Below are positions 38,469 to 48,807 of a stretch of DNA of 64,000 nucleotides, piece after piece. The notes beneath the pieces were generated by a model. That model was not told the DNA's origin and searched no databases. It saw nothing but the letters and a program-made list of their open reading frames with translations. Origin of the DNA: Leptolyngbyaceae cyanobacterium (GTDB lineage Bacteria > Cyanobacteriota > Cyanobacteriia > Phormidesmidales > Phormidesmidaceae); the NCBI GenBank assembly GCA_965263355.1, contig CBDHHL010000032.1:2976001-3040000 (forward strand). Reading direction: 5' to 3'. A program made the position numbers and the translations under genes. The number at the start of each line of letters is the position of its first letter. Position 1 is the first letter of the stretch.

Positions 38469-38774
38469 TTAATCAGTCAAGCTGACCAGGTCAAATACAG
38501 GTAGATCAGAATCCAGTAACGACTTTGAAGATATTTGATCATCTACTATCAAAAACTCAGACGTATATTGGTCCTGAAATAAAAACTCGCTTTGGTGCAC
38601 ATACACCATATAGTCGCTCATCAAAAAATAAACGCCAACCATGGCAGCAGCTGCAGAGGCCACCAAAAAACCTGCCAGCATCAGAGAAAATTCCTGACTG
38701 ACAAAGGCCCTGTCCATGAGACGTAGAGCCCATATAACTAAACCAGTAACGATGGCTATGATTAGAAGCGTCAT
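38469..38774 (-). CDS. Small hypothetical membrane protein
   Basis: Two hydrophobic segments flanking QEFSLMLAG. Confidence 0.55.
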   Translation of the reverse strand: MTLLIIAIVTGLVIWALRLMDRAFVSQEFSLMLAGFLVASAAAAMVGVYFLMSDYMVYVHQSEFLFQDQYTSEFLIVDDQISSKSLLDSDLPVFDLVSLTD

Positions 38775-38941
38775 CGGTTTAAACCTAACTAAGAGGCAGG
38801 TCTTAAAGAATTACGACTATGTTTTACATATTTTAACAGGCTTATCATAAAAGTGCCTCACTCGCCGTGGATATTTTACGATTGCAAAAGAATTAGTCCA
38901 ATGCTTTCATTTGCAAGGCCTGTAGACGCTGATATGTATTT

Positions 38942-39703
38942 TTAGGGCCTGATGGCAACTTGGTGTTGACCTAGATAAGTTTTAATTTCTGTGATAGAAA
39001 GTTCACCGTAATGAAGTAACGAAGCTAATAAAGCGGCTTCTGCTTGTCCAGTAGTGAGAGCTGCGCGGATATGTTCACAAGTGCCTGCTCCACCTGACGC
39101 AATGACTGGAACGTTGACAGATGCAGCAATGGTTTGGGTGAGTTCTAAGTCGTATCCTGCTTTGGTGCCATCTGCGTCCATGCTGGTGACGAGAAGTTCT
39201 CCAGCGCCTCGGGCGACAACATCCTGAGCCCAATTAATGGCATCGAGTCCAGTGTTTTCTCGGCCACCACGCACAAATACATCCCATCCTGATTCATTGG
39301 GCCGACGTTTGGCATCAATGGCTACAACGATACACTGGCTCCCAAAGCGATTACTGGCGGCCTGAATAAAATCGGGGTTGCGAACAGCTGCGGAATTAAT
39401 GCTGACTTTGTCTGCTCCGGCCCTCAGTAGCTGCTTGATTGTTTCTACTGAATTGACTCCGCCACCAACGGTGAGGGGAATAAAAACTTGTTCGGCAGTG
39501 CGATGGACAACGTCAAAAATAATGTTGCGGTCTTCATGGGTAGCCGTAATGTCTAAGAAAACAAGTTCGTCAGCTCCGGCCTGGTTGTAGACTTGGGCCA
39601 GTTCAACTGGGTCACCTGCATCTTTGAGTTCTACAAAATTAATGCCTTTTACAACGCGACCAGCTTTGACATCGAGACAGGGCAAAATTCGCTTAGCCAG
39701 CAT
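38942..39703 (-). CDS. hisF: Imidazole glycerol phosphate synthase subunit HisF
   Basis: [31 protein letters not shown] and TSMDADGT. Confidence 0.97.
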   Translation of the reverse strand: MLAKRILPCLDVKAGRVVKGINFVELKDAGDPVELAQVYNQAGADELVFLDITATHEDRNIIFDVVHRTAEQVFIPLTVGGGVNSVETIKQLLRAGADKVSINSAAVRNPDFIQAASNRFGSQCIVVAIDAKRRPNESGWDVFVRGGRENTGLDAINWAQDVVARGAGELLVTSMDADGTKAGYDLELTQTIAASVNVPVIASGGAGTCEHIRAALTTGQAEAALLASLLHYGELSITEIKTYLGQHQVAIRP

Positions 39704-39863
39704 AGGCACTTTCGTAGAGAGTTTATATAGACAAGCAATGGCTGACGTAGCTGCAGCAACAGTTCTTCAGGATAGCTTACAAAGCGCAAGACACTGATAA
39801 ACTGAGAGATGGTTTTAATTCTTAATATTTATCAACTTTACTCAGAGAGGAGGATCTTAGGGC

Positions 39864-40064
39864 ATGGCTTTGGATATCGGACAAAAAGTAAAGGTTGTAC
39901 GTTTAAGGGATCGGGTGTCTGATAACGTTGCCAAGTGTCTGGGGAAGGAAGGCACGGTCACCCAGTTCAAAATGGTCGATGGCAGTGATGTAGGGGTTGT
40001 TGTTGAGTTTTCAGATCAGTTTTCGAGCTGGTTTTTTGAGGATGAAGTTAAGCAAACTGCCTAA
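39864..40064 (+). CDS. petP: Cytochrome b6f-associated PetP (DUF2862)
   Basis: IGQKVKVVRLRDRV...FKMVDGSDVGVVVEF...WFFEDE. Confidence 0.8.
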   Translation: MALDIGQKVKVVRLRDRVSDNVAKCLGKEGTVTQFKMVDGSDVGVVVEFSDQFSSWFFEDEVKQTA

Positions 40065-40188
40065 GGTAGGGTCCCTAGATAGTTAGAGTGGCTAACATTA
40101 AGCATCGATTCAGTCTTGGGATACCTCTTATTAGATGTTGCCCCAAGACTGATCGTCAACGATAAGTAGGCGGATTCTGTAGTAGTAG

Positions 40189-41286
40189 TTGATGGCACTA
40201 ATTCTTACGTTCTTAGGTAAAGGGGGGAGTGGTCGTTCGACTTGTGCGATCGCAACCGCTAAAAAGCTGTCAGCCCAGGGTCAGCGTGTGCTATTGGTAA
40301 CTGAAGACGTTGGCCCGGCATTCGGTTTACTTTTAGGCCATCCGGTAACGGCTACCCCGGAGAGCGTCTTTCCCAATTTCTGGGTCATGCAGTTGCAGTT
40401 TACGCAACTTCTGGAGCAAAACTGGGAGCAGTTAAAAAAGTTGGAAGCTCAATATCTGCGAGATCCTTTCTTTAAGGCAGTTTATGGTCAAGAGCTGAGT
40501 TTGCTGCCAGGTATGGATCAGGCGCTAACGCTCAATGCCCTGCGGGAATATGATGCTAGCGGTGACTATGACGTGATTGTCCATGATGGTCCCGGTGCGC
40601 AGACGAGTCTGCGCATGTGGGGGATGCCAGTGGGAATTGACTGGTACTTCCGGCGGTTTAAGCAAGTTTTTCAGGCATCGCAATTTTCTAAGGCGGTGAT
40701 GCCATTTATGCAGCCGATTGCTGGTGCGGTACTGAGTGGCGGCATGTCTGGTGATCTGTTTAAGCAGTCCGAGGTAACTGAAACGACCAATTTAGTCGCT
40801 CAGGGTATCGCTGCTGTTAAAGATGCGATGCGAGTTCGGGCTTATTTGGTGTCCACTGGTGATCAAGGGGCGATCGCAACCGCCCGCTATCTTTGGGGCG
40901 CAGCCCAGCAAATAGAAATGACGGTGGCTGGAGTCCTGCTTAATAGAGCCGTTATTGCTCAAGATATTGGCCAACATTTTGAGTCTTTGCCAATGTACGC
41001 CCTCCCTCAGTTAGGGGACTGGCAGCCTCTGATGGATGCTCTGCCAGACTATATGGCTACACCTTCAGTGCCGTCATCTGTAGAGATTGATTTGTCTACC
41101 AATACAGTACGTCTGTTCTTGCCTAGCTTTGATAAAAAACAGATTCAGCTTACTCAATACGGTCCAGAAGTGACTATTGAGGCAGGTGATCAACGGCGAA
41201 ATTTAAACCTGCCCAAGGTGTTACAAGGGCGTTCTGTGACAGGGGCAAAATTTCAGTCTGATTATCTGATTTTGACCTTTGGATAG
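40189..41286 (+). CDS. Get3/ArsA-family ATPase (cyanobacterial type with C-terminal HSP20-like domain)
   Basis: LGKGGSGRST, LPGMDQAL and C-terminal IEAGDQRRNL...GAKF; located between petP and chlG. Confidence 0.8.
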   Translation: MMALILTFLGKGGSGRSTCAIATAKKLSAQGQRVLLVTEDVGPAFGLLLGHPVTATPESVFPNFWVMQLQFTQLLEQNWEQLKKLEAQYLRDPFFKAVYGQELSLLPGMDQALTLNALREYDASGDYDVIVHDGPGAQTSLRMWGMPVGIDWYFRRFKQVFQASQFSKAVMPFMQPIAGAVLSGGMSGDLFKQSEVTETTNLVAQGIAAVKDAMRVRAYLVSTGDQGAIATARYLWGAAQQIEMTVAGVLLNRAVIAQDIGQHFESLPMYALPQLGDWQPLMDALPDYMATPSVPSSVEIDLSTNTVRLFLPSFDKKQIQLTQYGPEVTIEAGDQRRNLNLPKVLQGRSVTGAKFQSDYLILTFG

Positions 41287-41334
41287 TTTCTCCCAGCATT
41301 GTTTGTTAGTACTATCGCTCGTATTGTTGACGCT

Positions 41335-42336
41335 ATGACTGAAAAACCTGCTTCAGTAACGTCCAGCTCATCTTCTCCCGAAAGCTCCAAGGCAAGACAG
41401 CTATTGGGCATGAAAGGGGCTGCCGATGGTGAGACCTCTATTTGGAAAATTCGTCTACAGCTGATGAAGCCCATTACCTGGATTCCCTTAATTTGGGGTG
41501 TGCTTTGTGGGGCTGCATCCTCAGGGCATTTTGTGTGGAGTGTTGATCACGTTCTGGCATCCCTGGCTTGCATGCTAATGGCAGGGCCTTTGCTGACAGG
41601 CTACACCCAAACGATTAATGATTACTACGATCGCGAGCTAGATGCCATTAATGAGCCCTATCGACCGATTCCTTCAGGGGCTATTGGTTTAGGGCAGGTG
41701 CAAGTGCAAATTTGGGTGCTCTTGATCAGTGGTATTGCTGTTTCCTATGGTCTCGATCACTGGGCCAGGCACGACTTTCCCGTGTTGACTGCGTTAGCCA
41801 TTGGCGGTTCATTGGTGTCTTACATATATTCCGCACCACCGCTAAAGCTCAAACAGAATGGCTGGCTTGGTAACTATGCCCTAGGCGCTAGTTACATCGC
41901 ATTACCCTGGTGGGCTGGGCATGCTCTATTTGGACAGCTAAATCCAACAGTAATTGTTTTAACACTGTTGTATAGTATGGCGGGTTTAGGCATTGCTGTG
42001 GTCAATGACTTTAAGAGTGTAGAAGGTGATCAGGCCTTAGGTCTAAAGTCATTACCGGTGATGTTTGGGGTGAGTACAGCTGCTTGGATCTGCGTCTTGA
42101 TGATCGATATTTTTCAAGCGGGAATGGCTGCTTATCTTGTGGCTATTCATAAAAATCTTTATGCAGTGCTCTTAATCCTAATGATCATTCCGCAGATTAC
42201 TTTTCAAGACATGTACTTTCTGCGAGATCCCCTGGCCAACGATGTCAAATATCAGGCCAGTGCTCAACCGTTTTTGGTGATCGGCATGTTGATTCTAGGC
42301 TTAGCGCTGGGTCATACCGATTATCTGCTCAGCTAG
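41335..42336 (+). CDS. chlG: Chlorophyll synthase
   Basis: QLMKPITWIPLIWG, NDYYDRELDAINEPYRPIPSG, NDFKSVEGD and DVKYQASAQPF. Confidence 0.96.
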   Translation: MTEKPASVTSSSSSPESSKARQLLGMKGAADGETSIWKIRLQLMKPITWIPLIWGVLCGAASSGHFVWSVDHVLASLACMLMAGPLLTGYTQTINDYYDRELDAINEPYRPIPSGAIGLGQVQVQIWVLLISGIAVSYGLDHWARHDFPVLTALAIGGSLVSYIYSAPPLKLKQNGWLGNYALGASYIALPWWAGHALFGQLNPTVIVLTLLYSMAGLGIAVVNDFKSVEGDQALGLKSLPVMFGVSTAAWICVLMIDIFQAGMAAYLVAIHKNLYAVLLILMIIPQITFQDMYFLRDPLANDVKYQASAQPFLVIGMLILGLALGHTDYLLS

Positions 42337-42500
42337 GGGCGTTATTTGATGAGTCATGCCAGATTCTGCTAGCCTTTTGTGGGGTATGTCAAGATATGTC
42401 AACTGATTTATCAGGTGCAAACTCTTATCACAAAGCGAACAGGCTGGTGCTGACGAGTTAACCGTTTTCAGAACAATGGGTTAGGTAGGGTTTTTTTAAC

Positions 42501-44939
42501 GTGGCTAATAGGATTGATAACGTCAAAAATAATAGTACCGATGATAAGCTAGCTGCTGCTGTTGCCGAGCTTACTAAGCAAAAACTACCGAAGCCATTGT
42601 ATAAAACTTTTTTGTTTTGGTTGACGCTTTTGGTGGGGGCGAGTTTAGCTGGTTCTGCTACCCGTGCTTATCGCTTTTGGCAAGAGGCCGATGCTAATTT
42701 ACCCGATGTGTCCACAGCATTAACTTTTGAGCGCACAGGGACAATTACTATCAAGGCTGATGATGGGAGTGTGCTCCAGAAAATTGGACCAGCAACTCAG
42801 GAATATCTGGAATACGACGATATTCCAGATACCTTGATTCAAGGATTTATTGCATCGGAAGATCGTCGATTTTACGAGCATAAGGGGATTGACTATAAAG
42901 GTATTGCACGAGCTATTAACTCGAACCTGCGCAACCGTGACCTAGTAGAGGGGGCGAGTACTATTACTCAGCAGTTGGCTCGGATTGTTTTCCTGGACCA
43001 GGATAGAAGTTTTCAGCGTAAGTTTCGAGAGGCTTTGCTAGCTAACAAACTGGAAGAGGAGTTGGGAAAGGAACAAATCCTTGAGCGCTACTTAAATCTT
43101 GTGTATCTGGGTGCAGGTGCTTATGGGGTAGCTGATGCGGCCTGGATTTACTTTGGTAAATCAGTCGAAGAACTGACTGTATCGGAGATTGCTTTAATTG
43201 CAGGGATGGCTCCAGCTCCAAGTGTGTATTCTCCACTGGTGGATGAAGCTGCAGCCCGTCAGCAGCGAGATAAGGTGATTAGCCGGATGCTGGAAAATGG
43301 CGTGATTTCTCAGGCCCAGGCTGACACTGCTTATCAAAGTGAGGTAGCGACAACGCCCAATGAACCGAAATTTTTGTATAGTGAATTTCCCTATTTCACT
43401 ATATACGTGCAAAAGCAGTTGCCTCAGCTGATTTCGGAAGACAAGATTGAAGCGGGTGGTCTTGTGGTAGAAACTAGTTTAAAACCCAAGTGGCAACGGT
43501 CGGCTGAAACTACCCTGGAAGAAGTTCTGGAAGAATATGGTGGTTGGCAGGGATTTGAGCAAGGCTCAATTGTTGCTATGAATCCTAAAACTGGTCAGGT
43601 CCACGCCATGGTGGGGGGGACTGATTTTGAGGAAAGCCAGTTTAATCGGGTAACTCAGGCTCAGCGTCAGCCTGGGTCGACTTTTAAGGCATTTGTTTAT
43701 AGTACTGCGATCGCAAGCGGTATCTCTCCCTACAAGGGTTATGTGGATGCACGCTACGTTGTCGATGGCTATGAGCCTGAAAATTATGGCAAAAGCTACA
43801 GCGGTAATGTTGAGCTACGTCGAGCTCTGGCATCGTCTATCAATATTGTTGCTGTTAAAGTTCTGGTAGAAGTTGGTTTTGAGCCAGTGATTGCCATGGC
43901 TAAACGCATGGGTATTAAGTCAGATTTATTGGCTGCTTACTCATTGGCCTTGGGCTCCTCGGAAGTGAATCTGCTGGAACTGACCAATGCTTATGGCTCT
44001 CTGGCAGCTAAGGGTAAGCATGTTGAAGCCCATGGTATTGAGCGCATTACAACGCGTTCAGGTGAAGTCCTCTATGAGTTTGAAGATGAACCTAAGCAGG
44101 CCCTAGATCCAGACTCGGCGGCTATTATGGCCTGGATGATGCGTAGCGTTGTTGAGGGTGGCACTGGTAGCAATGCTTATATTAGTGGTCGTCAAATAGC
44201 GGGTAAAACCGGTACCTCTGAGAAAAACAGAGACCTTTGGTTTATTGGTTTTACACCTCAGCTTGTGGTTGGTGTTTGGTTTGGGAATGACGATAGTAGC
44301 CCAACACGGGGTGCGAGTAGTACAGCTGCCTATGCATGGCGTAAGTTTGTTGCCCAATTTATTGAAGATCTCCCTGTCGAAAAATTTCCTGAACTACCAC
44401 GGTTGTCTGGTCGTAAGGGGTCCATCGAAGCAAAACCTGTAAAACCAGGCAAAGTTACGGCAGAAAAGGCAGGCCGAAATTCTACCAGAGAGTCCTCTCA
44501 GCCGCAGTCACAGCCATGGCGTTCGGAACCAGCTGCGGCTCCGGACCCAGCACCGGTAGCGTCTCCTAGACCAGCTGCCGCACCTAGACCTAGGACATCA
44601 CAGCCTAGCCAACCTGCGCCAGCTCCATCTGGTGGTGGTCCAGCTACTGCTCCGGCACCAGCACCAGTTCCATCGACACCGGCTCCTACGCCAGAGGTGA
44701 TCTCTGCTCCCGCTCCTGCAGAGCCTGCGCCAGTTCCCGACATCCCAGCGTCGGTTCCCGAACCAGCTCCAGCGGCCCCGGCTCCAGCGGCCCCGGCTCC
44801 AGTAGCCCCAGCTCCAGCGGCCCCGGCTCCAGTAGCCCCAGCTCCAGTAGCCCCAGCTCCAGTAGCCCCAGCTCCAGCGGCCCCGGCTCCAGTAGCCCCG
44901 GCTCCCGCTCCAATAGATTCAGCACCTCCTGCAGAGTAA
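42501..44939 (+). CDS. Class A penicillin-binding protein (PBP1A type) with a Pro/Ala-rich tail
   Basis: Transglycosylase EDRRFYEH and GASTITQQL; transpeptidase STFK, SIN and KTGT. Confidence 0.92.
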   Translation: MANRIDNVKNNSTDDKLAAAVAELTKQKLPKPLYKTFLFWLTLLVGASLAGSATRAYRFWQEADANLPDVSTALTFERTGTITIKADDGSVLQKIGPATQEYLEYDDIPDTLIQGFIASEDRRFYEHKGIDYKGIARAINSNLRNRDLVEGASTITQQLARIVFLDQDRSFQRKFREALLANKLEEELGKEQILERYLNLVYLGAGAYGVADAAWIYFGKSVEELTVSEIALIAGMAPAPSVYSPLVDEAAARQQRDKVISRMLENGVISQAQADTAYQSEVATTPNEPKFLYSEFPYFTIYVQKQLPQLISEDKIEAGGLVVETSLKPKWQRSAETTLEEVLEEYGGWQGFEQGSIVAMNPKTGQVHAMVGGTDFEESQFNRVTQAQRQPGSTFKAFVYSTAIASGISPYKGYVDARYVVDGYEPENYGKSYSGNVELRRALASSINIVAVKVLVEVGFEPVIAMAKRMGIKSDLLAAYSLALGSSEVNLLELTNAYGSLAAKGKHVEAHGIERITTRSGEVLYEFEDEPKQALDPDSAAIMAWMMRSVVEGGTGSNAYISGRQIAGKTGTSEKNRDLWFIGFTPQLVVGVWFGNDDSSPTRGASSTAAYAWRKFVAQFIEDLPVEKFPELPRLSGRKGSIEAKPVKPGKVTAEKAGRNSTRESSQPQSQPWRSEPAAAPDPAPVASPRPAAAPRPRTSQPSQPAPAPSGGGPATAPAPAPVPSTPAPTPEVISAPAPAEPAPVPDIPASVPEPAPAAPAPAAPAPVAPAPAAPAPVAPAPVAPAPVAPAPAAPAPVAPAPAPIDSAPPAE
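44766..44900 (+). repeat. 9 x 15-bp coding tandem repeat (APAAP/APVAP)
   Basis: Units GCTCCAGCGGCCCCG and GCTCCAGTAGCCCC(A/G). Confidence 0.92.
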
Positions 44940-45010
44940 AAGGTAAGTAACTAAGGTAAAGTATTGTAAACGCTCTCAAGCGAGTGCATTAGAAGAGGAT
45001 TGGCCTGTTT

Positions 45011-45229
45011 ATGGTGTTTTTAATTGGGGAGGCAGGTACATCAGGTATACCTATGTACTACTTTCAAGTTGTCTACGTTGTCGGATTTATAGCGGCGGTA
45101 GGGATTGGTTCCCTGGCTTGGTACAACTCTAAGCGACCACCTGGCTGGGAAGATTCAGCTCGTCCTGATTTGGTGCCCGATGTTGAGGCTAAGGATGAAG
45201 ATAAGAGCCAAGCTGTCGATAAAGGCTAG
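45011..45229 (+). CDS. psb35: Photosystem II assembly protein Psb35-like
   Basis: Single TM VYVVGFIAAVGIGSLAWYNSKRPPGWE...RPDLVP; family recognised from memory. Confidence 0.6.
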   Translation: MVFLIGEAGTSGIPMYYFQVVYVVGFIAAVGIGSLAWYNSKRPPGWEDSARPDLVPDVEAKDEDKSQAVDKG

Positions 45230-45364
45230 TGGCCTGCCTGTCAAGACTAAGATTTGGGATCGGGTATGTAAAGAGTAACCAGGATGAAGAGTCACTCTTT
45301 ACCCTCTACTCTTGATCAATACAGACTCCCAATTTTTAGCTTTGACGATGCATTAGTTGAGTGG

Positions 45365-45565
45365 TTAGTCGATTACCCGTAAGCGGCCTTGGTTAATGGC
45401 CTCAAAGATTTCTTGGACCTGTGCCTGTTCGTGACTGTTAAGCTGACTTTTACCTAGCAGACATGCCATGAGTGTTTGCTGAGTCTCCCGGTTGAGACGA
45501 CGACGGGTCAAAATCATTTGCATGAGACTTTCTAAAGATTGAGTTGTAGGGGTGCGGTTTAGCAT
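45365..45565 (-). CDS. Small hypothetical protein
   Basis: 66-aa ATG-initiated ORF ending IFEAINQGRLRVID, a pattern I associate with small cyanobacterial proteins. Confidence 0.55.
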   Translation of the reverse strand: MLNRTPTTQSLESLMQMILTRRRLNRETQQTLMACLLGKSQLNSHEQAQVQEIFEAINQGRLRVID

Positions 45566-45780
45566 GGCATTGGTTCCAGGGACAACTACAGGATGTTAGT
45601 CATAAAGTCATTGAAGAGAGCTTTTATGTCTACTCCTAATATGTTGTCTGGGCATGGTTTTGGCCGTGACTTTTAGAGCCCAAATTTGTGATCTTTCGCA
45701 CCTTTTTGAGTGATTTGATTTGGCTATGACGAGACTATATTCGCCTGCGGAAAACCTGCAAGTTTTAATGTAAACGTGTT

Positions 45781-46590
45781 TTACGTGCGATCGCTTTTCC
45801 AGCGAAAATATTCTGAAAGAGCCGCAATCAGTCCTGAGGCCAAAATTAGCAAGACACTGAGGGCATTGATATCGGGTTTGATGCCTGTTTTAACACGGCT
45901 GAAAATTTCGATCGGTAGGGGATTTGCCCCCCCTGCCGTAAAGCTAGAGATGAGCAAATCGTCCATGCTCAGCACAAATGCCAATAAACAGCCTGACAAG
46001 ATCGCAGGTGTTAGTTGGGGAATCAGGACTTTAATAAGGGCTTGGGTAGGTGTAGCACCCAAATCGAGGGCAGCCTCTTCCAGGTTGGGGTCTAATCCCT
46101 GTAAACGACTGGAGACAACAATTGCAATGTAAGCCAGGCAAAATACCATATGGGCAGCAATTGCTGTCCATATGCTAAGGGGAATGGCCACAGATGCTAG
46201 GAAGACCAAGGTTGCTACTGCGATCGCAATATCTGGAATAATCAGTGGTAGGTAGGAAATCCCAACGTAGAGCGATTTACCTGGAAACCGATATTTAGAT
46301 AACCCCACAGCCATCAAAGTGCCTAGCACTGACGAGACGGCAACGGCGCAGAGAGCAATTTTCAGGCTGTCACCCAGGGCAAGAAACAGCCGCTCGTCAC
46401 CCATTAATTTACGATACCAGGTGAGGCTAAATCCCTTCCAAACAGCGCCGTAGCGTGACTCGTTAAAGCTGTAAATCCCCAAAATGACAATGGGAATATA
46501 CATAAAGCTGTACATGGCTAGAGTTAACAGCCCTTGCCATGAAGGGAGTTGCCGTTTGCCTTGATGATGGTTGGATGCAGCAGGTTTCAT
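45781..46590 (-). CDS. potC: Polyamine ABC transporter permease
   Basis: YSFNES, EEAALDLGATP EAA loop and PDINALS. Confidence 0.88.
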   Translation of the reverse strand: MKPAASNHHQGKRQLPSWQGLLTLAMYSFMYIPIVILGIYSFNESRYGAVWKGFSLTWYRKLMGDERLFLALGDSLKIALCAVAVSSVLGTLMAVGLSKYRFPGKSLYVGISYLPLIIPDIAIAVATLVFLASVAIPLSIWTAIAAHMVFCLAYIAIVVSSRLQGLDPNLEEAALDLGATPTQALIKVLIPQLTPAILSGCLLAFVLSMDDLLISSFTAGGANPLPIEIFSRVKTGIKPDINALSVLLILASGLIAALSEYFRWKSDRT

Positions 46591-47504
46591 GAATAAATCT
46601 CAGGGTTGCGATCACCATATTTGAGTAAAAGTGCGATCGCTAAGCTCACCATCAAAATCAGCACCATACTCAATGAAGAGCCAAATCCCCAATTACGAGC
46701 AACTCCCAGGAACTGATTGTAGATTAGGCGAGAGATTGTCATGCTGTTAGGCCCGCCTAATAGTGTAGGCACCACAAAATCCCCAAGGCTAGTCACAAAT
46801 ACCAACAGGCAACCTGCGGCAATTCCAGGCATGGTTTGGGGGACCGTAACTCGCCAAAATGCAACCTGTGGATTTGCACCTAAATCGGCCGCTGCCTCTA
46901 GTAGCTGCAAATCTAACCGCTCCAGAGAGGCGTACAAAATCAGCACCATATAGGGTAAAAAGCTATAGGTCATGCCGATGTAAACGGCCCAGGGTGTATT
47001 CATTAAGTTTTGGGTCGGTAACCCTAGGCTACTCAAAACTAGGTTGATTACCCCAGAAGATCTCAGTAACGTAATCCAGGCATAGGTCCGCAGCAGTGAC
47101 GATGTCCATAGAGGCAGGATGAACAGGACTAAGAGAAGATTACGCCATTGCTTCGGGGCCATTAGGGCTAACCAGTAGGCCACTGGAAAACCACAGACTA
47201 AGCAAAGCAGAGTGGTCCCTGTTGCAAACGTAGCTGATCGTCTTAAAACCTGCAGATAGGTAGGTTCTAAGATTCTGATGTAATTAAGTAAGCCATAGCC
47301 TTCAATGGGTTGACCTGGTTTTAAGCCAGGTACCAAACTCAACTCGCCAATTAGTAATGTGGGCAGCACCATCAACAGCAGTAGCCACATTCCTGCGGGA
47401 CCCAATAGCCCAATTGGCCTAAAACTAGCCCTTAACGTCTGCCAAACAGTAGCTAAATCAAAGGTTTGTGATAGCGCTGTCGTTGGCCTGATACCTTTAT
47501 CCAT
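46587..47504 (-). CDS. potB: Polyamine ABC transporter permease
   Basis: LPLWTSSLLRTYAW, EAAADLGA and NWGFGS; start set at ATG 47504. Confidence 0.88.
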   Translation of the reverse strand: MDKGIRPTTALSQTFDLATVWQTLRASFRPIGLLGPAGMWLLLLMVLPTLLIGELSLVPGLKPGQPIEGYGLLNYIRILEPTYLQVLRRSATFATGTTLLCLVCGFPVAYWLALMAPKQWRNLLLVLFILPLWTSSLLRTYAWITLLRSSGVINLVLSSLGLPTQNLMNTPWAVYIGMTYSFLPYMVLILYASLERLDLQLLEAAADLGANPQVAFWRVTVPQTMPGIAAGCLLVFVTSLGDFVVPTLLGGPNSMTISRLIYNQFLGVARNWGFGSSLSMVLILMVSLAIALLLKYGDRNPEIYS

Positions 47505-47508
47505 GGCC

Positions 47509-48654
47509 CTATGCGCTGGTAACCTTGGTCCAATACTCGTCATATAGAGCATTGGCTTCACCGACAGGTGCAATGCCTTCGCACTTAGCCAGTAGATCCT
47601 CTGGAGGGAACAAGTTCTTATTGTCCAATAGCTCTTGGGAGAGCATGGTCATGGCTTCGCCATTGGGTGTGGCAAAGTAAAGACGCTCTACTGTGTCTTT
47701 AGATACCTTCGGCTGTAGGTTGAAATTAATCCACTCGTAGGCTGCGTCCACATTTGGAGCAGTTGTGGGAATAACTATGGTGTCTGTCCAAACTGAGGAG
47801 CCACTTTCTGGAATTACATACTTAAAAGTAGGATTCTCCAGACTAACTGGGATACCTTCCACTGAATAGACCATAGACAGTAGTAAATCCCCACTAAGCA
47901 GTTCGTCTTGCCAGCCAAAGGACTTAAAGGAGGCTAAAGCAGGCTTGAGGTCTAGCAGGCGTTGGTAGGCTTCTTCTAGCTGAGCAGGGTCAGTTGCATT
48001 GTAGGAATAACCCAAGGAGCTAAGGACCGCCCCCATGGTTTCGCGTACATCGTCGAGCATAGTCATTTTGCGCGACAGCACATCCTTATTATCCCAAAGA
48101 TAGTTCCAGTCGGTGGGTGTTGTGGTCAGTACTTCAGAGTTATACAGTAGCCCTGTGGTTCCCCAGCTGTAGGGAATGCTATGGGTATTGTCAGAATCAT
48201 ACACAGGGCTCTTCCACTTCTCACGAATTTTGTCTAAGCCCACGAGCCGGGACTTATCTAATTTAGTGAGCATGTCTAGACCGATCATCTCTGTGACCAT
48301 ATAGTCTGACGGATAAAGCAAACTATAGTTGGCACCACCACCAGCCTGCATCTTAGCTAACATCGTTTCGTTGGAGTCATAGACGTCGATTTTGACGTCT
48401 ATGCCAGTGGCTTCAGTGAACTGTGCGGCCAGCTCATCGTCTGTATAATCAGCCCATGTATAGATGTGCAGTGTTCCAGACGCTGAGGCTGGGTCAGACG
48501 ATGAGTCGGTCGTCGGTGTAGTTTCTGTTTCGCCAATTGTGCGACGACAGTTTGACAGGCCAATTCCAGCTAGAGCTGCTGCGGAGCCTTGTAAAAAACG
48601 GCGACGAGACGTACGCGACAATAATGATGAATGGCGGGATAGTAGGCGGGGCAC
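47509..48654 (-). CDS. potD: Polyamine ABC transporter substrate-binding protein (Tat-type signal)
   Basis: SRRRFLQG twin-arginine motif, YTWADY, DSNETM, PSDY and PYSWGTTG. Confidence 0.88.
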   Translation of the reverse strand: MPRLLSRHSSLLSRTSRRRFLQGSAAALAGIGLSNCRRTIGETETTPTTDSSSDPASASGTLHIYTWADYTDDELAAQFTEATGIDVKIDVYDSNETMLAKMQAGGGANYSLLYPSDYMVTEMIGLDMLTKLDKSRLVGLDKIREKWKSPVYDSDNTHSIPYSWGTTGLLYNSEVLTTTPTDWNYLWDNKDVLSRKMTMLDDVRETMGAVLSSLGYSYNATDPAQLEEAYQRLLDLKPALASFKSFGWQDELLSGDLLLSMVYSVEGIPVSLENPTFKYVIPESGSSVWTDTIVIPTTAPNVDAAYEWINFNLQPKVSKDTVERLYFATPNGEAMTMLSQELLDNKNLFPPEDLLAKCEGIAPVGEANALYDEYWTKVTSA

Positions 48655-48807
48655 AGTTTTTCTCCTCTAAGCAGACACCATGAATACTTTAGAACCACTT
48701 TCTGACCTTAGGCTATTGGGAAATAGGAATTTGTTCATGCAGATCCTTATTGGTATCGGGGTGAACTGGATGTCAGGCGTGGGTTGGTTAGTGAGATAGT
48801 CTTTGGA

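Noticed and set aside
44498..44979. Antisense ORFs with GAGA/LEPGP repeats
   Set aside because: Shadows of the PBP1A Pro/Ala tandem repeat
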